A stretch of 64,000 nt of DNA from an uncultured Clostridia bacterium. Its GTDB lineage: Bacteria > Bacillota > Clostridia > TANB77 > CAG-508. The stretch covers positions 136,023-200,022 of the forward strand of contig CAKPKJ010000002.1 of NCBI GenBank assembly GCA_934167445.1, given 5' to 3'. Under the pieces are notes generated by a model. It worked only from the letters and a program-made list of their open reading frames with translations, had not been told where the DNA came from and ran no database searches. Positions within the stretch are counted from its first letter, which is position 1. Every line of letters starts with the position of its first letter. Below are positions 33,580-44,811 of the stretch, in pieces. Position numbers and translations under genes: made by a program.

Positions 33580-34602
33580 ATGGGTGAAATAAAAATGGAA
33601 GAAGACAGAATTATGAATCCAGAAATAAAAGGAAATGAAGAAGAGCGTATGGAAAATTCTTTAAGACCTCAAAATTTGGACGAATATATAGGGCAAAATA
33701 AAGTAAAAGAGAATATGAAAATATATATAGAATCAGCCAAAAAAAGAAATGAACCATTAGACCATTGTTTGTTATATGGACCACCAGGACTTGGAAAAAC
33801 AACACTTGCAAACATTATAGCAAATGAAATGCAATCTAATATAAAAATAACATCAGGACCAGCAATAGAAAAGCCGGGAGATTTAGCTGCATTGCTAACA
33901 AATTTATCTGAATTTGATGTTTTATTTATAGATGAAATTCATAGACTAAGTAAAAGTGTGGAAGAAATTTTATATCCTGCGTTAGAAGATTTTACATTAG
34001 ATATAGTAATTGGAAAAGGACCAAGTAGCAGGTCAATTAGATTAGACTTACCTAAGTTTACACTAATAGGAGCAACAACAAAAGCTGGTTCTTTAACAAC
34101 ACCACTTAGAGATAGATTTGGTATAATACATAGGTTAGAAATGTATTCAGAAAAAGACTTAGCTAAAATAATAAAAAGGTCAAGTAAGATATTAAATATA
34201 GAAATAGACGAAGAGGCTTCAAAAGAAATTGCTAGAAGATCAAGAGGAACACCTAGAATTGCAAATAGGCTTTTAAAAAGGGTAAGGGATTATGCCATTG
34301 TTTTAGGAGATGGAAATATTGATTTGAAAATAGCTAAACACGCATTAAATCAATTAGAAATAGATGAATTAGGATTAGATGAAATAGACAGAAAATTATT
34401 AGAAACAATGATAGTTCAATACCAAGGAAGAGCAGTAGGAATTGAGGCATTAGCAGCAACAGTTGGAGAAGAAATTGATACAATAGAAGATGTATATGAA
34501 CCTTATTTAATACAAATAGGTTATATAGCAAGAACCCCAAGAGGTAGAAAAGTTTTACCGCCAGCATATAAACATTTAGGGTATGAATTTCTTGGAATGT
34601 AA
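33580..34602 (+). CDS. ruvB: Holliday junction branch migration helicase RuvB
   Basis: Walker [18 protein letters not shown], sensor motifs; start 33580 or 33595. Confidence 0.93.
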   Translation: MGEIKMEEDRIMNPEIKGNEEERMENSLRPQNLDEYIGQNKVKENMKIYIESAKKRNEPLDHCLLYGPPGLGKTTLANIIANEMQSNIKITSGPAIEKPGDLAALLTNLSEFDVLFIDEIHRLSKSVEEILYPALEDFTLDIVIGKGPSSRSIRLDLPKFTLIGATTKAGSLTTPLRDRFGIIHRLEMYSEKDLAKIIKRSSKILNIEIDEEASKEIARRSRGTPRIANRLLKRVRDYAIVLGDGNIDLKIAKHALNQLEIDELGLDEIDRKLLETMIVQYQGRAVGIEALAATVGEEIDTIEDVYEPYLIQIGYIARTPRGRKVLPPAYKHLGYEFLGM

Positions 34603-34618
34603 AAACTTATAAGGAGGA

Positions 34619-36346
34619 TTGTTTGTGAAATCCATAAAAGAAAAACTAAAAAGCATAATAAAAAAACCTGGATTTAAAATAGCAATTATAAACATTATGA
34701 TATTTGCAATTTGCAATATGATATATTCATTAAAATATGAACAAGTTGATGATATGATAATATATGGTTTATATTCTGGATTAGATGGAACATATAATAT
34801 ATATGGAGTGTATATACATCCATTTATTTGTGCTATTTTAAGCATATTGTATAGAATTATACCGGTAATTAATTGGCACACAATATTTTTATTATCAATG
34901 CAATTCATCTGTTTTTCAGTAATAGGAACAATATTAGTAAACAGGAACAATAGCCAAAAATCATATATAATGTACACAATATTTGCAAGTGTTTGTTATA
35001 CAGCATTATTACTACTAATACAATACACATCAGTATCAGCTTTATTAATAGCAACGGCGTTTTTTATTATATTTGATATGATAGAGCAAAATAAGAAAAG
35101 CAAAAAAAGATTAATATTTGCAAGTATACTCTTTGCAATAGGCATAATGACTAGAATGCAAAGTATTTTGATAATTGCACCATTTTTTGCAATATATCTA
35201 ATATATAAATTTGGAAAATATATAATTAATAAAACAGAAGAAAATAAAAAAAATATTCAAGAACTATTAAAAGAGTATGTTGTTTTAGTAATTATAGCAA
35301 TAATTGTGTATGGTTCTAATGTGTTAATTTACAATACAAATGAAACTTATAAAAACTATATAGAGTATAATAATCTAAGAGCAGAATTACAAGATTTATC
35401 ATACACAAATTATGAGGAAAATAGAAAAATTTTTGATGAAATAGGTTGGTCAAAAAATGACCATTATTTATTTTATACCTTTAACTATGGAGACGAAAAT
35501 GTATACAGCAAAGAAAACCTACAAAAAATAATAGATTACAAAAAGGAAAATGGAGAAAAATATAATTTAAATAAAGATATAAATGATGTTTGGGATAGTT
35601 TGTTAGAACAATTAAAGGGAAGCAATAAATATATTTCAATATTATTTTTTGCAACATTTATTTTAGCTATATATACAAATGACAAAAGTAAATTTTTTAT
35701 AACATTTATAATGCTTACAACAATAGCTGTGAATGTATTGTTTGTTGTTTTAAATAGAGCAATGTTAAGAGTTGTTATACCTGAATATATTCTAGGAACG
35801 GCTATAATGTTATATTTAACCAAATATAAGAAAAAAGAAGACAGAAAAGAAATATATGGAATTATAGCAATTATAATTTTGTTATCAATAACTTTTGGTG
35901 GAGATATTTATAATTTTGAGTATGATTTTAGTAGCTACAAAAATTACCAAGATATAATAGAATACACAAATTCACATAAAGAAAATACATATCTATATAC
36001 AGCACCAGCAATGCAATTTAGATATTTAGCATATCCTGTATATACAATGCCACCTAAAGGAGCATTTTCAAACTTAAGAGTTATGGGTGGCTGGGATATA
36101 TTCACACAAAATTATTATGATTTTAAACAAAGAAATAATTTAGAAGGGACATTTTTAGATTTACTAAAAGACAATGTGTATCTAATAGATGGAGATGTAA
36201 ATTGGTCAGGAACATATTACAAAAATTATAAAAAAAATATAATTGAATTTATAGAACAACATTATGGAAAAAATGTAAAATGCGAAAAAATTAAAACATT
36301 TGAAAACATATATATATACAAATTAACAGAAGATAATATAAATTAA
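34619..36346 (+). CDS. polytopic membrane protein of unknown function
   Basis: 575 aa with many hydrophobic helices; AGGAGG RBS. Confidence 0.5.
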   Translation: MFVKSIKEKLKSIIKKPGFKIAIINIMIFAICNMIYSLKYEQVDDMIIYGLYSGLDGTYNIYGVYIHPFICAILSILYRIIPVINWHTIFLLSMQFICFSVIGTILVNRNNSQKSYIMYTIFASVCYTALLLLIQYTSVSALLIATAFFIIFDMIEQNKKSKKRLIFASILFAIGIMTRMQSILIIAPFFAIYLIYKFGKYIINKTEENKKNIQELLKEYVVLVIIAIIVYGSNVLIYNTNETYKNYIEYNNLRAELQDLSYTNYEENRKIFDEIGWSKNDHYLFYTFNYGDENVYSKENLQKIIDYKKENGEKYNLNKDINDVWDSLLEQLKGSNKYISILFFATFILAIYTNDKSKFFITFIMLTTIAVNVLFVVLNRAMLRVVIPEYILGTAIMLYLTKYKKKEDRKEIYGIIAIIILLSITFGGDIYNFEYDFSSYKNYQDIIEYTNSHKENTYLYTAPAMQFRYLAYPVYTMPPKGAFSNLRVMGGWDIFTQNYYDFKQRNNLEGTFLDLLKDNVYLIDGDVNWSGTYYKNYKKNIIEFIEQHYGKNVKCEKIKTFENIYIYKLTEDNIN

Positions 36347-36408
36347 GAATATGTAGATATCAAAAAAATATAATTATAGCAATTTTCGATAAAATTTAGG
36401 AGGAAAAA

Positions 36409-36987
36409 ATGAAACTACTATTACATACTTGTTGTGCACCTTGTAGTGTTTATTGCATAGACGAATTAAGAAAAGAAGGAATAGAACCTACAGTATATTG
36501 GTATAACCCCAATATACATCCATATAAAGAGTATCAAGCAAGAAGAGATTGTTTAAAAGAATATACAAAATCAATAAATGTAGAAGCTATCTTTGAAGAA
36601 GAATACGGTCTAGACGAATTTTGCAAAGAGGCAGTAAAAGATTTACAAGCAAGGTGTGTTAACTATTGTTATCCAGTTAGACTACGCAAAACATTTGAAT
36701 ATGCAAAACAAAATGGATATGATACTGTATCGACTACATTGTTATATAGCATTTATCAAAAACATGAATTTATAAAACAACTTATGGAAAAATATAGCCA
36801 AGAATATGGAATTGACTTTTTATATAGAGACTTTAGAGAAGGCTTTTGGGAAGGACATCAAAAAGCTCACGACTTAGGCTTATATATGCAAAAATATTGT
36901 GGATGTATATTTAGTGAAGAAGATAGATATAGTAAACAAATAAAAAAAGATAAAGAAAACAATATAGAATTTAATCATAGAATATGA
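36409..36987 (+). CDS. queH: epoxyqueuosine reductase QueH (DUF208)
   Basis: N-terminal LLLHTCCAPCS and C-terminal YCGC cysteine motifs. Confidence 0.82.
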   Translation: MKLLLHTCCAPCSVYCIDELRKEGIEPTVYWYNPNIHPYKEYQARRDCLKEYTKSINVEAIFEEEYGLDEFCKEAVKDLQARCVNYCYPVRLRKTFEYAKQNGYDTVSTTLLYSIYQKHEFIKQLMEKYSQEYGIDFLYRDFREGFWEGHQKAHDLGLYMQKYCGCIFSEEDRYSKQIKKDKENNIEFNHRI

Positions 36988-37032
36988 TATAATTCGCATT
37001 AATTAAAAAGCTTAGAATATAAGGAGGCCATT

Positions 37033-37824
37033 ATGGAAAAATATTTAGAAATGTTAAAAAAAGAAGAATTAACAAGAGAGGAATTTTTACCAGTATGGGA
37101 GGAATTTAAAAAAGACTTAAATAATGGAAAAGTAAGAGTTGCATCAAAAGAAGGAACAGAATGGAAAGTAAACAAATGGGTAAAACAATTTGTTTTACTA
37201 GGATTTAAATATGGAGAAATAATAAAATTTGAAGATGGAACAATAGATAAAGATACAATGGGAGAAAGAAAGGTAACATTAGAAGAAAAAGCAAGAGTTG
37301 TATCACCAACAGTATCAATAAGAGATGGTGTCTATATTGGAAAAGGTGTTGTGTTTATGCCACCTTGTTATACTAATATAGGAGCATACATAGATGAAGG
37401 TTCAATGGTTGATTCATTGGCATTAGTTGGTTCTTGTGCGCAAATTGGTAAAAATGTACACCTAGGAGCAGGAGTAATAATTGGTGGAGTGCTAGAACCA
37501 GTAGGAGCATACCCTGTAATTATAGAAGACAATGTATTTGTAGGAGCAGGTTCACAAATTACAGAAGGAACAATAGTAAAAGAAGGTGCTGTAATAGGAG
37601 CAGGTGTAACAATAACAGGTAGTACACCAGTTTATGATAATGTAAATGGAACGATTATAACACCAAATGAAAATGGTCAAATAGTAATCCCAAAAGATGC
37701 TGTTGTCATTCCAGGAACTAGAGATGTAAAATCTAATGTAAAAGGAGTAACATTATCAAAATCAGTTCCAATTATAATAAAATACGGAAGTAAAGTTGTA
37801 TTAGAAGATTTATTAAGACCTTAA
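37033..37824 (+). CDS. dapH: 2,3,4,5-tetrahydropyridine-2,6-dicarboxylate N-acyltransferase (DapD/DapH hexapeptide family)
   Basis: left-handed beta-helix hexapeptide repeats (GAGVIIGGVLEPVGAYPVIIEDNVFVGAGSQ). Confidence 0.7.
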   Translation: MEKYLEMLKKEELTREEFLPVWEEFKKDLNNGKVRVASKEGTEWKVNKWVKQFVLLGFKYGEIIKFEDGTIDKDTMGERKVTLEEKARVVSPTVSIRDGVYIGKGVVFMPPCYTNIGAYIDEGSMVDSLALVGSCAQIGKNVHLGAGVIIGGVLEPVGAYPVIIEDNVFVGAGSQITEGTIVKEGAVIGAGVTITGSTPVYDNVNGTIITPNENGQIVIPKDAVVIPGTRDVKSNVKGVTLSKSVPIIIKYGSKVVLEDLLRP

Positions 37825-37842
37825 TAAGAAAGGAATACAAAA

Positions 37843-39051
37843 ATGGCAAGTGTAAATGAAAATTTCTTGAATTTAAAAAATGATTATTTATTTTCAAAAG
37901 TATTAGAAAAAACAAATGAATACAAAAAGAAAAATCCTGATAAAAAAGTTATAAGCTTAGGAATAGGAGATGTGTCACTACCTTTAGTGCCAACAGTAAT
38001 TAAAGCTATGAATAAAGCTGTTGAAGAGATGTCTAAAAAAGAAACATTTAGAGGCTATGGAATTGTACAAGGATACGAATTTTTAATAGATAGAATTTTA
38101 GATGTAGAATATAAAAAAAGAGGCGTGAATTTAGAAAAAGACGAAGTGTTTATTGCAGCAGGTACAAAAGGGGATTTAGCAGGAATTGCAGAATTATTAG
38201 CTAAAGACAATTCGGTAGCATTAATGGAACCAGTATATCCTGCATATAGAGATACAAATATAATGTTAGGAAGAAACAACATTATATACTTAAATGCAAC
38301 AGAGAAAAATAATTTTACACCAGAAATGCCAAAAGAACATATAGATATAATTTATCTATGTTCTCCTAATAATCCAACTGGTATGGTTTTAACTAGAGAA
38401 CAGTTAAAGCAGTGGGTTGATTATGCAAAAAAAAATAATTCAATAATCTTTTATGATTCTGTGTATGAAGTATTTATTACAGACCCAGATATTCCACATA
38501 GTATATATGAAATAGAAGGGGCTAAAGATGTTGCAATAGAATTTAGAAGTTATTCTAAATTAGCAGGATTTACAGGAGTAAGATGTTCGTTTACAGTAGT
38601 GCCAAAACAACTAAGAGCGTATACTAAAAAGGGAGAGACTATTTTTTTAAATGGACTTTGGCGAAGAAGTCAGAGTACAAGGTTTGGAGCTGCTTCATAT
38701 ATTACACAAAGAGCTGCTGAAGCGGTATATACAGATCAAGGCCAAAAGGAAATAATGGAAAACATAAAATATTATCAAGAAAATGCTAAGTATATAAAAC
38801 AAAAACTAGAAAAAGTCGGATTTACTGTATATGGTGGAGAACATTCGCCTTATATTTGGTTAAAAACACCAAATGGTATGAAGTCTTGGGACTTTTTTGA
38901 TAAATTATTAAATGAAGCAGCAGTTGTAGGAACTCCAGGAGTTGGCTTCGGAAAATGTGGAGAGGGATTTTTTAGGTTAACTGCATTTTCTAGTAAAGAA
39001 GATACAAAAGAAGCAGTTGAAAGAATTGTGAATTTATTTGAAAAGAGCTGA
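37843..39051 (+). CDS. PLP-dependent aminotransferase, LL-diaminopimelate aminotransferase-like (DapL/PatA role)
   Basis: ISLGIGDVSLPLVP, GYGIVQGY, EVFIAAGTKGD, EPVYPAYRD align with DapL signature blocks; SYSK PLP-lysine region. Confidence 0.7.
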   Translation: MASVNENFLNLKNDYLFSKVLEKTNEYKKKNPDKKVISLGIGDVSLPLVPTVIKAMNKAVEEMSKKETFRGYGIVQGYEFLIDRILDVEYKKRGVNLEKDEVFIAAGTKGDLAGIAELLAKDNSVALMEPVYPAYRDTNIMLGRNNIIYLNATEKNNFTPEMPKEHIDIIYLCSPNNPTGMVLTREQLKQWVDYAKKNNSIIFYDSVYEVFITDPDIPHSIYEIEGAKDVAIEFRSYSKLAGFTGVRCSFTVVPKQLRAYTKKGETIFLNGLWRRSQSTRFGAASYITQRAAEAVYTDQGQKEIMENIKYYQENAKYIKQKLEKVGFTVYGGEHSPYIWLKTPNGMKSWDFFDKLLNEAAVVGTPGVGFGKCGEGFFRLTAFSSKEDTKEAVERIVNLFEKS

Positions 39052-39055
39052 TAGT

Positions 39056-40186
39056 ATGAATATTGAAAAAACAGTAAATGATTTAAAACCACAAATGTTA
39101 AAAGACAAAGAATTTTTTTGGAATCACCCAGAAAGAGGAACTCAAGAATTTGAAACATCTACATATATACAAAAAAGGCTAAAAGAAATGGGATATACAG
39201 ATATAAATAACAACATATATGCAACAGGAATAGTGGTGACATTAAAAGGAAAGGAAGAAGGACCTTGTATATTATTTAGAACAGATATAGATGCAGTTGT
39301 AATGGATGATACAGGAAGAACCAAACATGCTTGTGGACATGATGCTCATATGAGTATCATGCTTGCATTAGCTCAAATATTAATTGATAATCAAGATAAA
39401 ATAAAAGGTACTGTAAAACTCCTTTTTCAACCAGACGAAGAAGGAGATGCAGGAGCAAGTAAAATGGTAGCTAATGGAGCATTAGAAAATCCTAAAGTTG
39501 ATAAAGCATTTGCAATCCACGTTTGGAGTGAATTAAAAGAAGACACAATAGGAATAAAAGCAGGAACTGTTATGGCATCATCAGACCCATATGACATTAC
39601 TGTATATGGAAAAGGTGGTCATGCGGCAATGCCAGAAAGATGTGTGGATACAATTTATATAGCAAATAAAATAGGAATTGCATTAAAAGAAATGGCAAAA
39701 ATAGATGTACCAATAGACGAAAAGGCAATAATTGGAGCAACAGCAATAAACGGAGGAAAAACAAACAATGTAATTCCAGATGTTGTTCATATGAAAGGAA
39801 TTTGTAGAACAAATAATAATAAAGTTAGAAAAGAAAGCAAAGAAAAACTAGTAAAAACAGTAGAAAATATTGCAAAAGAAATGGGAGGAAGAGCTGAAGT
39901 AAAATTTTTATGTGAGTACCCAGTTGTAGAAAATTCGGAAAAAGAGGCTTTAGAACTACAAAGACTTGCAAAAAATGTAGTAAGCAATGTAAATACAACC
40001 TATCAGACAACAGCATCAGAAGATTTTTCTTATTATCTAGAAAAAGTGCCAGGAGTAATGATGCACGTTGGATGCCAACAGGATGTGTACTACCCACAAC
40101 ACAGTGAAGAATTTTGTGTAGGAGAAAATCCAATGTTAATTGGTACACAAATGTTTTATGAAATAGTAAAACATTATTTGATATAA
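39056..40186 (+). CDS. M20D-family amidohydrolase (N-acetyl-diaminopimelate deacetylase-like)
   Basis: M20 metal-binding H/D/E pattern (HACGHDAH, QPDEEG); clustered with dapH-like and aminotransferase. Confidence 0.68.
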   Translation: MNIEKTVNDLKPQMLKDKEFFWNHPERGTQEFETSTYIQKRLKEMGYTDINNNIYATGIVVTLKGKEEGPCILFRTDIDAVVMDDTGRTKHACGHDAHMSIMLALAQILIDNQDKIKGTVKLLFQPDEEGDAGASKMVANGALENPKVDKAFAIHVWSELKEDTIGIKAGTVMASSDPYDITVYGKGGHAAMPERCVDTIYIANKIGIALKEMAKIDVPIDEKAIIGATAINGGKTNNVIPDVVHMKGICRTNNNKVRKESKEKLVKTVENIAKEMGGRAEVKFLCEYPVVENSEKEALELQRLAKNVVSNVNTTYQTTASEDFSYYLEKVPGVMMHVGCQQDVYYPQHSEEFCVGENPMLIGTQMFYEIVKHYLI

Positions 40187-40204
40187 AACATAAGGAGGAA
40201 AATT

Positions 40205-42913
40205 TTGGATAAATTTGTATTAGTAGATGGAAATAGTATAATGAATAGAGCATTTTATGGAATAATGGGAAGTAAAATGTTAACAACAAAAGATGGAAAA
40301 TACACAAATGCAGTATATGGATTTTTAGCAATTTTATTTAAATTGTTAGATGATATCCAGCCACAATATATGGCAGTTGCATTTGACTTAAAAGCACCAA
40401 CAGCAAGACATAAAATGTATGAAGGATATAAAGCAAATCGTCATGGGATGCCAGACGAACTTGCAGAACAAATGCCAATTATAAAAGAAGTATTAAGAGC
40501 AATGAACATAGATATAATTGAAATGGAAGGATATGAGGCAGATGATATATTAGGTACATTATCTTGTTATGGAGAGGCACAAAACTTAAATGTAACAATA
40601 TTATCAGGAGATAGAGATACATTTCAATTAGCAACAGATAGAGTAACAATAAGAATACCACATACAAAAGGTGGAAAAACAGAAACAGATGAATATAATA
40701 GAGAAAAAATCATAGAAAAATACGGATTAGAACCTAAACAATTAATAGAAGTAAAAGGACTTCAAGGAGATGCATCTGACAATATACCAGGAGTTCCAGG
40801 GGTTGGAGAAAAAACAGCTCTAAAATTAGTTCAAAAATATGGTTCAATAGAAAATTTATATAAAAAAATTGAAGAAGGACAAGATGATTTAAAAGGAAAA
40901 CAAAGAGAAAAAATAGTTGAAAACAAAGAACTAGCAGAATTATCAAGAACATTAGGAACAATTAATACTAAAGTTCCAATAAAGGATGACTTAACAGATT
41001 TAAAAGTAGAAGAATGGGACAAAGAAAAAGTATTAGAATTATTTAAAAATTTAAATTTTAATAGATATATAGATAGATTTAATTTAATAGAAAATACAGA
41101 AAATGAAAACAAACAAGAAATAAAAGAATTATATAAAAGTGTAGAAAAATCAATAAAAGATATAATTGAAATGATAAAAAATAAGCAAAAAATGACATTT
41201 AATGTTGTTACAAGAAATATTGAAAACCAAAGTAAAATAATAAAAGAAAAAATAATAGGAATGTCAGTGTATAATGACGAAAATAAAGAAGTCTACTATG
41301 TAAATTTAGAAAATAATGAAATCCAAGAATTTAAAGAAATCTTTGAAGAAGAAAAAATAAAAAAAATCGGAATAGATTTAAGCAAAACATATATATTATT
41401 AAAACAAGAAAATATAAATATAAAAGGATTATATTATGACATTGCAATAGCATCATATATAATAAATCCTACAAATAATAAACTAAAAATAGAGGATTTA
41501 ATACAAAATGATTTAGAAATAGATATAGAAACATTTATTGGAAAAGAAGAAACACAAGCTCAAATGACATTATTTGAGGTTCAAGAAGAAGACAATAAAC
41601 AAGCTGAAATTCAGAAAGAAAAATCAAATTTATATGCATATTCAATAGGAGAAATAAAAGAAAAAACAGAAAAAGAACTAGAAGAAATAGAATGTTTAGA
41701 TTTATTTTATAATATAGATATGCCAACAATAGAAGTATTGTCAAATATGCAGTGGAATGGTATGTATGTAGATAAAATTGAATTAGAACAATTTGGAAAA
41801 GAGTTAACAAATAAATTAGATGTAATAACAAAAATAATTTACGAAATGGCAGGAGAGGAATTTAATATAAATTCAACTAAACAGTTAGGGGAAATACTTT
41901 TTGAAAAAATGAAATTACCTGTAATAAAGAAAACCAAAAGTGGATATTCAACAGATGTTGATGTTTTAGAAAAACTAAAAAAAGAAGACCCTATTATAGA
42001 ACAAATATTAGAATATAGGCAATTAATGAAATTAAATTCTACCTATGTAGAAGGACTAAAACAATATATTAATCCAGAAACTAAAAGGATTCACTCATTT
42101 TTCCATCAAACAATAACAGCAACAGGAAGAATAAGCTCAACAGAACCAAATTTACAAAACATACCTACAAGATTTGAACTAGGAAAACGAGTAAGAAAAG
42201 TATTTAAACCACAAGAAGGTTGTGTTTATATAGATGCAGATTATTCACAAATAGAATTAAGAGTTTTAGCATCAATATCAGAAGATTCGCATATGATAGA
42301 GGCATTTAAAGAAGGGCAAGATATCCATAAACAAGCAGCATCAAAAGTATTTAAAACACCAATAGACGAAGTAACAAAAGAACAAAGAAGTAATGCGAAA
42401 GCTGTAAACTTTGGAATAGTATATGGAATAAGCGATTTCGGCCTTGGAGAGCAACTTGGAATAGGAAGAAAACAAGCTAAAAAATATATAGACGAATATT
42501 TAACACAATATTCAGGAATAAATCAATTTATGGATAATATAAAAGAAGAGGCAAAAGAAAAAGGGTATGTAAAAACATTATTTAATAGAAGAAGATATAT
42601 ACCTGAATTGAAATCTAATAATTATATGGTAAGACAATTTGGAGCAAGAGCAGCAATGAACACACCAATACAAGGAACAGCAGCAGATATTATGAAAATA
42701 GCAATGTTAAAAGTATTTAAAGAAATAGAAAAAAGGGGATTAAAATCAAAAATAGTATTACAAGTACATGACGAAATGATGTTAGAAGTACCAATTGGAG
42801 AGCAACAAGAAATTCAAGAAATAATGAAAAAATGTATGGAATCAGCTGCAGATTTAAAAGTACCATTAGTAGCAGAAATTTCAGAGGCAAATAATTGGTA
42901 TGATTGTAAATAA
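40205..42913 (+). CDS. polA: DNA polymerase I (5'-3' exonuclease + polymerase; 3'-5' exo domain degenerate)
   Basis: 902 aa; 5' nuclease and Pol A motifs A (DYSQIELR), B, C (VHDE); TTG start after AGGAGG. Confidence 0.93.
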   Translation: MDKFVLVDGNSIMNRAFYGIMGSKMLTTKDGKYTNAVYGFLAILFKLLDDIQPQYMAVAFDLKAPTARHKMYEGYKANRHGMPDELAEQMPIIKEVLRAMNIDIIEMEGYEADDILGTLSCYGEAQNLNVTILSGDRDTFQLATDRVTIRIPHTKGGKTETDEYNREKIIEKYGLEPKQLIEVKGLQGDASDNIPGVPGVGEKTALKLVQKYGSIENLYKKIEEGQDDLKGKQREKIVENKELAELSRTLGTINTKVPIKDDLTDLKVEEWDKEKVLELFKNLNFNRYIDRFNLIENTENENKQEIKELYKSVEKSIKDIIEMIKNKQKMTFNVVTRNIENQSKIIKEKIIGMSVYNDENKEVYYVNLENNEIQEFKEIFEEEKIKKIGIDLSKTYILLKQENINIKGLYYDIAIASYIINPTNNKLKIEDLIQNDLEIDIETFIGKEETQAQMTLFEVQEEDNKQAEIQKEKSNLYAYSIGEIKEKTEKELEEIECLDLFYNIDMPTIEVLSNMQWNGMYVDKIELEQFGKELTNKLDVITKIIYEMAGEEFNINSTKQLGEILFEKMKLPVIKKTKSGYSTDVDVLEKLKKEDPIIEQILEYRQLMKLNSTYVEGLKQYINPETKRIHSFFHQTITATGRISSTEPNLQNIPTRFELGKRVRKVFKPQEGCVYIDADYSQIELRVLASISEDSHMIEAFKEGQDIHKQAASKVFKTPIDEVTKEQRSNAKAVNFGIVYGISDFGLGEQLGIGRKQAKKYIDEYLTQYSGINQFMDNIKEEAKEKGYVKTLFNRRRYIPELKSNNYMVRQFGARAAMNTPIQGTAADIMKIAMLKVFKEIEKRGLKSKIVLQVHDEMMLEVPIGEQQEIQEIMKKCMESAADLKVPLVAEISEANNWYDCK

Positions 42914-42926
42914 GGAGAGTTGCTAA

Positions 42927-43487
42927 ATGAAATATAAAAAAATACTTATTTGTGTTGCAGTAATTCTTATTGCTGTAATATTAGTTAGTGTTTTTAAAGA
43001 TAAAATACTAAAGATAATATATCCTAAAACATATAAGGAAATAGTTTCTGTATATGCAGAAAAATACAATGTTGACGAAAACCTAATTTTTGCAGTTATA
43101 AAAGCAGAAAGTAATTTCAAAGATGATGCAGTATCACATAGAAATGCTGTTGGACTAATGCAAATTATGGAAGAAACAGCAGTTGATGTTGCAAAAAAGT
43201 ATGGAATTACAATTGATCAAAATAATGCAAGAGAAGAAATAAAAAATGTTCAAAATAATATAAATATAGGAACAAAATATTTATCTGTATTATTAGATAC
43301 TTATAAAAGTAAGGAAGTCGCAGTTGCAGCATATAATGCAGGGATTGGAACAGTAAATACGTGGATAGAAAAAGGAACTATAAAATCAGATGGAAGTGAC
43401 ATTGAAAATATCCCATATAAAGAAACCAATAATTATGTTAGGAAAATATTAAGAAATTACAAAATTTATAATGAACTGTATAAATAA
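42927..43487 (+). CDS. lytic transglycosylase (SLT domain)
   Basis: AESNFKDDAVSHRNAVGLMQI catalytic Glu motif, N-terminal signal anchor. Confidence 0.85.
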   Translation: MKYKKILICVAVILIAVILVSVFKDKILKIIYPKTYKEIVSVYAEKYNVDENLIFAVIKAESNFKDDAVSHRNAVGLMQIMEETAVDVAKKYGITIDQNNAREEIKNVQNNINIGTKYLSVLLDTYKSKEVAVAAYNAGIGTVNTWIEKGTIKSDGSDIENIPYKETNNYVRKILRNYKIYNELYK

Positions 43488-43542
43488 CTAGACAAATAAA
43501 GAAAAATAGAATAAAATGTGGAAAAATAAAAGGAGAAAAGAA

Positions 43543-44796
43543 ATGCTATTAGAACAATTACTATTTACATTTATTTCATTTGCAATATTTGTGTATATGT
43601 TTTTTAAAATGATTACCAAAAATGATACCAGTTATGTAGGAATTCTAGTGTGTGAAGCAATAGGAATAGCATTAAATTTTGTTGAAGTATTATTTAGTGT
43701 AAAGCTAGGTGTTTTTTTAGTAATAATAAAATATTTTTTAGCGATATTACTACCAGTTATAATAATGATTTTAGAAAAACAAAATATATATTTGTATGAA
43801 ATAATAGATACAACAATGGCTAGAATATATTTAATGTTTTCTGATAATAAAAAAGCCAAACAAGCATTAATGGACTTATTAGATAAAAATCCAAATAGTT
43901 ATAAAGCACATAAAATGTTAGCACAAATTTATGAAAAAGAAGGCGGTAATAGAAAAGCAATTGACGAATATGTACAAGCTATTGACATTGACAAAAAAGA
44001 TTATGATTCATACTACAAAGTTGCGAGTTTATTAAATGGATTAGACAAAAAAGAAGAAGCGGCAGAAATGTTGTATAACTTGTTAAATCGAAAACCAGAA
44101 ACATATGATGCAAGTATTTTGTTAGGAGAAATATTATTTGAAAACCAAATGTATAAAGAGGCTGTAAATGTGTATCAAGACGCATTAAAATATAATCAAT
44201 ATAGTTATGACTTAAATTATAATTTAGGTATGGCATATACAATGTTAAATGATTTTCAAAGTGCAAAAACTTGTTATGAAAAAGCTGCTGAAATAAATAC
44301 ACTTGAATACTGTACAAAATACAATTTAGCGGAAATAGCGTTAATATATAAAGATATAGAAGAAGCAGAAAAGAAATTCTTAGAAGCGGTTAATGAAGAA
44401 GAATTGGCAGCAGATAGTTATTATGAACTTTCAAAAATATCATTGTTAAAAAATGATAAAGATACAGCAATAAAATATATTAATGTGGCAGTTGATATAG
44501 ACAGTAAAAAAATAGTTGCAAGAGTAAAAAAAGACCCAATATTTATACCAATTATGGCAAAAATCTCAATGCCATTTAATTTAGAAAGTAAGGAAATTGA
44601 ACAACCAAAATTAAAAGAAAAAGACTTGCAAGTAAAAGCTCATTTAGAAGAAATGTCAGAAATAACAAGACACTTAAGTTATAATGATATTAATTTGTTA
44701 AAAAGAAATACAGAAGGAAAGCATAAAGGAAAAGAAGAAAATCAAGAATTAGAACAGGTTGTAGAAGAACCAGAGGAACAGAAAGAAATTCAGTAG
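43543..44796 (+). CDS. TPR-repeat membrane-anchored protein
   Basis: two N-terminal TM helices then multiple 34-aa TPR-like repeats; acidic C-terminus. Confidence 0.6.
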   Translation: MLLEQLLFTFISFAIFVYMFFKMITKNDTSYVGILVCEAIGIALNFVEVLFSVKLGVFLVIIKYFLAILLPVIIMILEKQNIYLYEIIDTTMARIYLMFSDNKKAKQALMDLLDKNPNSYKAHKMLAQIYEKEGGNRKAIDEYVQAIDIDKKDYDSYYKVASLLNGLDKKEEAAEMLYNLLNRKPETYDASILLGEILFENQMYKEAVNVYQDALKYNQYSYDLNYNLGMAYTMLNDFQSAKTCYEKAAEINTLEYCTKYNLAEIALIYKDIEEAEKKFLEAVNEEELAADSYYELSKISLLKNDKDTAIKYINVAVDIDSKKIVARVKKDPIFIPIMAKISMPFNLESKEIEQPKLKEKDLQVKAHLEEMSEITRHLSYNDINLLKRNTEGKHKGKEENQELEQVVEEPEEQKEIQ

Positions 44797-44811
44797 CATA
44801 TAATTTTTCTT

